Shown here: in pieces, positions 31,265-35,596 of the stretch
Numbering within the stretch: the stretch's first letter is position 1
Layout: every line of letters starts with the position of its first letter
Source: Octopus bimaculoides
Lineage: Eukaryota
Direction of reading: 5' to 3'
DNA: 35,596 bases
Assembly: GCF_001194135.2 (NCBI RefSeq)
Contig: NC_068994.1
Coordinates: 45,258,909-45,294,504, forward strand
Position numbers and translations under genes: made by a program
The notes under the pieces: generated by a model
What the model was told of the DNA's origin: nothing
The model's database searches: none
The model's input: the letters and a program-made list of their open reading frames with translations, nothing else

Positions 31265-32245
31265 CAATAATTCTCAACTTTCTTTTTAGCCCATGTCCCT
31301 TTTTTCGTTCCTAAATTAACTCTGTAACCCCTACACTCAGACCCTATTAGTTAAAAACAAAGCAAAATGAGCAATTCTGCCATTTGTAATATTTATTAAT
31401 CGCAGATGCATCACATAAAACACAAAGGTTTGTAGTGCTTACAAAAACCGTTATTGCTTTGTAGATAAAATTGTATGCCAGGAAACAATATTCTCTAAAG
31501 ACATAAAACTACAAATTAACTTTAATAACGTGCACTATTTACTCTCTCACAAAATTCTGAGACATAAAGCTTATAAAAACTCTACACACAGTAACACTAT
31601 ATTCAATGTGTTTTGTGGCTGATACAAACTCATAAGTTTTCCAATATCTGGCTGTAGTTTTGTTAGCGATAAACCAAGATCACCTCTCGTTTAATATTGA
31701 GACGGTTGTGAGTTTTGATATTAGGTTAAAGCCATATTCAACGAGAGAAGAAATGGAAAAAAGCAATAAAAATGCGGTTTATTCTTTTTTTTTTGTTCTA
31801 TAAAAACGAAAATATTAATTATATTTGCCACGTTCGAATGTAGCTTAAGCTGTTTCGTCACTAACTCAATGAAACTTTCTTGCTATTTAATGTCAACGCT
31901 AGCCTCATTTACTTCTCCCTCTTGCCATATGGGTGTATCTACCATCCGACCTGAAATTGTTTGTCTCAAGTAAATCGCGGAATCCAAACTTCATATCATA
32001 GTACAAATGCTTCAAAAGCTCAACATGCACAAAAGAATTATTATCTTGTACACCAGTGTGAATCGCATCTAGGACTAGAAACCATCAACTTGCGACGAAC
32101 CTATATTAGTTCTGAATAACTTGAGTTTTCCAATGAAAGCAGTAATAGCCTCTTGGCAATATAAAAGTCTACAGCTTCTCTTTGTAACTGTTCAGCAAAT
32201 TAAGCTTTTGAAATATACCTGAAAAGTAAAATATATCGCACCGGA
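31265..32245 (-). mobile_element. hAT (Buster/Charlie-type) transposon, 3' portion with decayed transposase C-terminus
   Basis: Frameshifted translation gives GIFQKLNLLN.QLQ, EAITAFIGKLKLF, LKHLYYDMKFGFRDL, QESFIEL, SSLVEYGF, NRLNI..GDL.LSLTKLQPDI.KL...QPQ, with a stop at about 31603. The terminus CAATAATTCTCAAC (31265-78) resembles CAGTGGTTCTCAAC. The flanking 8-mer AATTAAAC fits NNNTANNN. Confidence 0.85.
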
Positions 32246-32254
32246 CAGCACATA

Positions 32255-32730
32255 TACATACATACATATATAATACATACATGCATACATACATGCATAC
32301 ATACATGCATACATACATGTAAGGCATAAAGATATACACATTAATATACGTATATAACTATATGATTTATTTATGAATCAGATCATATTTTTTAAGTAAA
32401 TATATAAATCTAAATCTATGGAAACATTAATACTAGGAAGAAAATAAACACATACACACGTGTATGTGCACGTACATATATACATCATAATACATACATA
32501 CGTACATATATACATACATGAATACATGCATTCATGCATGCATACATGTAAACATACATACATGCGTACATACATACATGCATACATACATACATACATA
32601 CATACATACACATACATACGTACATACGTACATACATACATACAAGCATACATACATGCTTACATGCATACATACATGCATGCATGTTTGCATCATACAT
32701 ACATACATACATACATACATGTACATACAC
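32255..32730. repeat. (TACA)n/(TGCA)n microsatellite blocks
   Basis: Visible directly in the sequence. Confidence 0.95.
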
Positions 32731-32984
32731 CATTATCATAGCTACACCCTCGTTACACGAGAAAAGCCATTGCTAACAAGACTTACTGAAATGATTCATT
32801 ATTGATGCCATCTGATGCCTTTTTATGATGCATATTCGTTTGTTGAAATAATATAGAGACACTCCTTATTCACCCACTAATCATATTAATAAATTGTAAT
32901 ACCTATGTTTTTGCAATAAACTGTTACCATAAAGTTTAATAAAATATTTGATGGCTTAATTACACCTGATTCTAAAATTTATAA

Positions 32985-33130
32985 ATTGACATAGGATTGG
33001 AGATAGGAATGGGAATGGAATTAAAACGGGAAATGAACAGGGAACGGGATAGGACATGAAACAGAGTAATGGTAAACGGATACTGAGAATAGCCCCTGCT
33101 TTTCCGGGTATTACCGGGTAATTCAGCTAG
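32985..33130 (+). mobile_element. Helitron-type 3' end
   Basis: Purine-rich ggaat/gggaa repeats are followed by the imperfect hairpin ccgggtattaccggg (33104-33118) and CTAG at 33127-30, then T. Confidence 0.6.
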
Positions 33131-33517
33131 TATGGCTATAAATCATTTAATAAAGACTGAACAAAGTAATATTTTCCCCTCTTAATCTCATTGGTTCACA
33201 CATAGCTGTGTTAATTCCAAAGTACCAATCTTAATTTCTTTTTCTTAACACACTTAAGAGAATTTCTGCAGTATCTCTGACGGCTGATGTTTAGAGATAG
33301 TTTATTATATTATGATTGAAATCTAAACCGACCCACGGGATGAGAAAAAAAATTGACTTTATTTCATATTTATGTACAGTCTATAACTAATTAATTCAAT
33401 TGTATATATTTATGACCTTAAAGTATCTCAAATTTATATCTATATTAAATTTTATCTATACTTATACGTCGATGATGATATTAGATTTTTCACTTTTTTT
33501 ACCTTTTCTTTTCCTTG

Positions 33518-33687
33518 GACTGCAGCCATCCTGGGGCACCGCTTTGCACTGTTTAGCCGAACAAATCGATCCCAGTGCTTATTTCTTAACTTTAAATTTA
33601 GTACTTATTCTATCGGTCTCTTTTGCCGAAACCGCTGAGTTATAGATCATAAACTAACCAACACCGGTTGTCATGCGGTGGTGAAGG
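33518..33687 (-). mobile_element. SINE family B fragment
   Basis: gactgcagccatcctggggcaccgc...gtacttattctatcggtctcttttgccgaaaccgctgagtta...caccggttgtcatgcggtgg. Confidence 0.8.
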
Positions 33688-33724
33688 AACAATAAAACCC
33701 CACAAAATCACAAAATAACACTCA

Positions 33725-33960
33725 CATTCCACAGACAGACGTACCCTTAGCGTAGTTCTCAGGGAGATTCATCGTGACTCAGAATGTGACAGGGCTGGCC
33801 GTTCGAAATACAAGTACAACTCGTTTTTGCCTGTTGAGCTGATTAGAACAACGTGAAATAAAGTGTCTTGCCCAAGGACTCAACGCGCCGCCGGCTATCG
33901 AACTCACAACCTTACGATTGTGAGCCGAATACTCGAACCACTTAGCGACACGCTGTCGTA
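33725..33960 (-). mobile_element. tRNA-derived CORE-like SINE (family C)
   Basis: The reverse complement has A-box-like gtcgctaagtgg, B-box gagttcgatagcc, then gtccttgggcaagacacttta, which resembles the CORE domain. It may be OR2-like (from recall). Confidence 0.75.
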
Positions 33961-33984
33961 CACACACGCACGCTAGTACGCGCA

Positions 33985-34019
<35 letters not shown>

Positions 34020-35596
34020 ACACACACATTCACACACGCACGCACACACACAGCACACACACNNNNNNNNNNNNNNNNNNNNNNNNNNNNNNNNNNNNNN
34101 NNNNNNNNNNNNNNNNNNNNNNNNNNNNNNNNNNNNNNNNNNNNNNNNNNNNNNNNNNNNNNNNNNNNNNNNNNNNNNNNNNNNNNNNNNNNNNNNNNNN
34201 NNNNNNNNNNNNNNNNNNNNNNNNNNNNNNNNNNNNNNNNNNNNNNNNNNNNNNNNNNNNNNNNNNNNNNNNNNNNNNNNNNNNNNNNNNNNNNNNNNNN
34301 NNNNNNNNNNNNNNNNNNNNNNNNNNNNNNNNNNNNNNNNNNNNNNNNNNNNNNNNNNNNNNNNNNNNNNNNNNNNNNNNNNNNNNNNNNNNNNNNNNNN
34401 NNNNNNNNNNNNNNNNNNNNNNNNNNNNNNNNNNNNNNNNNNNNNNNNNNNNNNNNNNNNNNNNNNNNNNNNNNNNNNNNNNNNNNNNNNNNNNNNNNNN
34501 NNNNNNNNNNNNNNNNNNNNNNNNNNNNNNNNNNNNNNNNNNNNNNNNNNNNNNNNNNNNNNNNNNNNNNNNNNNNNNNNNNNNNNNNNNNNNNNNNNNN
34601 NNNNNNNNNNNNNNNNNNNNNNNNNNNNNNNNNNNNNNNNNNNNNNNNNNNNNNNNNNNNNNNNNNNNNNNNNNNNNNNNNNNNNNNNNNNNNNNNNNNN
34701 NNNNNNNNNNNNNNNNNNNNNNNNNNNNNNNNNNNNNNNNNNNNNNNNNNNNNNNNNNNNNNNNNNNNNNNNNNNNNNNNNNNNNNNNNNNNNNNNNNNN
34801 NNNNNNNNNNNNNNNNNNNNNNNNNNNNNNNNNNGTATTGAATTTTATTGATAAATGTTGACGATAGAAAAATGAAATTTAAATTACATTGAATCAAAAG
34901 TGTTTGTCATTGGAAGCAATGCCTTTGTCGATGCTTCGCTGGAAGTGAGGAAGTTATGTAGTTCAAGGAAAGGAATCAAAATATTATTCCTTTGGAAAAA
35001 AACTCCCTCCCACAAAATTTAACTCTCTGTGCCTACTGCACATTGTAAAGAACAACAACAATAACCATTTCTACTATAGGGGAGGGACTGTTTCCCTCCC
35101 TCTCTGTTTCCCTCTCTCCTTTCTCTCTCTTTCACTCTCTCCCTTCTCTCTCTTTCACTCTTTCACTCTTTCTCCCCTTTTCTCTTTCTCTATTACCCTC
35201 CTCTCACTACCACGTTATCCGTAACGGCCTAAGGTGGTGTCATTCTATTTCACGTTGCCTTCAATAGGACTGGTCATGATTTTCTGAGCTCCTTGTCCTA
35301 CCACACCCGTGTCTATAGTCCTTTCTACAAACTACATGATACAAGTGAGATTGCTGGAGCCTTCTAAGAGGTATAAAAAAGGAAGAAGTCAGTCATTTTA
35401 GTACAGTTGTCAAGAACTAAACTGCCAGTTAAATACATTTTGATATCTGATGATTACTACGAACGTATGAAAGCGCTAATTGAACTTTATGAACATTACA
35501 AAATATTTTTTAATGTTTAACACAATTCAACATTGTAAAAATTTTTTTAAAATACAATAATAAAAACGTGAAAACTAGACCACGTTTTACTTTATT

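Noticed and set aside
33880-33960. tRNA gene (also the A/B boxes in family-A copies)
   Set aside because: A and B boxes are present but there is no acceptor stem or cloverleaf, and each continues into a SINE body.
834-34897. Long ORFs in the supplied track that contain X runs or IY/CV/HT/MYVC/SIYL/poly-residue repeats
   Set aside because: They are translations of N-gaps and microsatellites, which lack stops in most frames.

Overview
Repeat-rich, AT-rich animal DNA from a short-read draft assembly. It has 13 N-gaps totalling about 5.7 kb, nearly all bordered by microsatellites. The SINE families, microsatellite load and TTAGGG repeats suggest an octopod cephalopod (inference only). No complete gene is visible, and most ORF-track entries are microsatellite or N-gap artefacts. 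Supported content: (i) three tRNA-derived SINE families, including a six-copy head-to-tail array at 1550-2776; (ii) decayed transposons recognisable from protein motifs (Tc1 DD34E, mariner, Chapaev-type, hAT/Buster-type, Penelope-like, R4/Dong-like RT), a Tc2/pogo-type MITE and Helitron-like ends; (iii) a 38-bp minisatellite and many SSRs; (iv) a phase-compatible pair of minus-strand exon candidates (5512-5532, 5265-5363), suggesting that much of the window is intronic to an unidentified gene. The most unusual structure is a 657-bp foldback element (698-1354) with a clean 8-bp TSD and a (CCCTAA)n...(TTAGGG)n core, inserted into a SINE. Two further foldbacks also have a microsatellite core. All family names come from motif recall and were not confirmed by database search.
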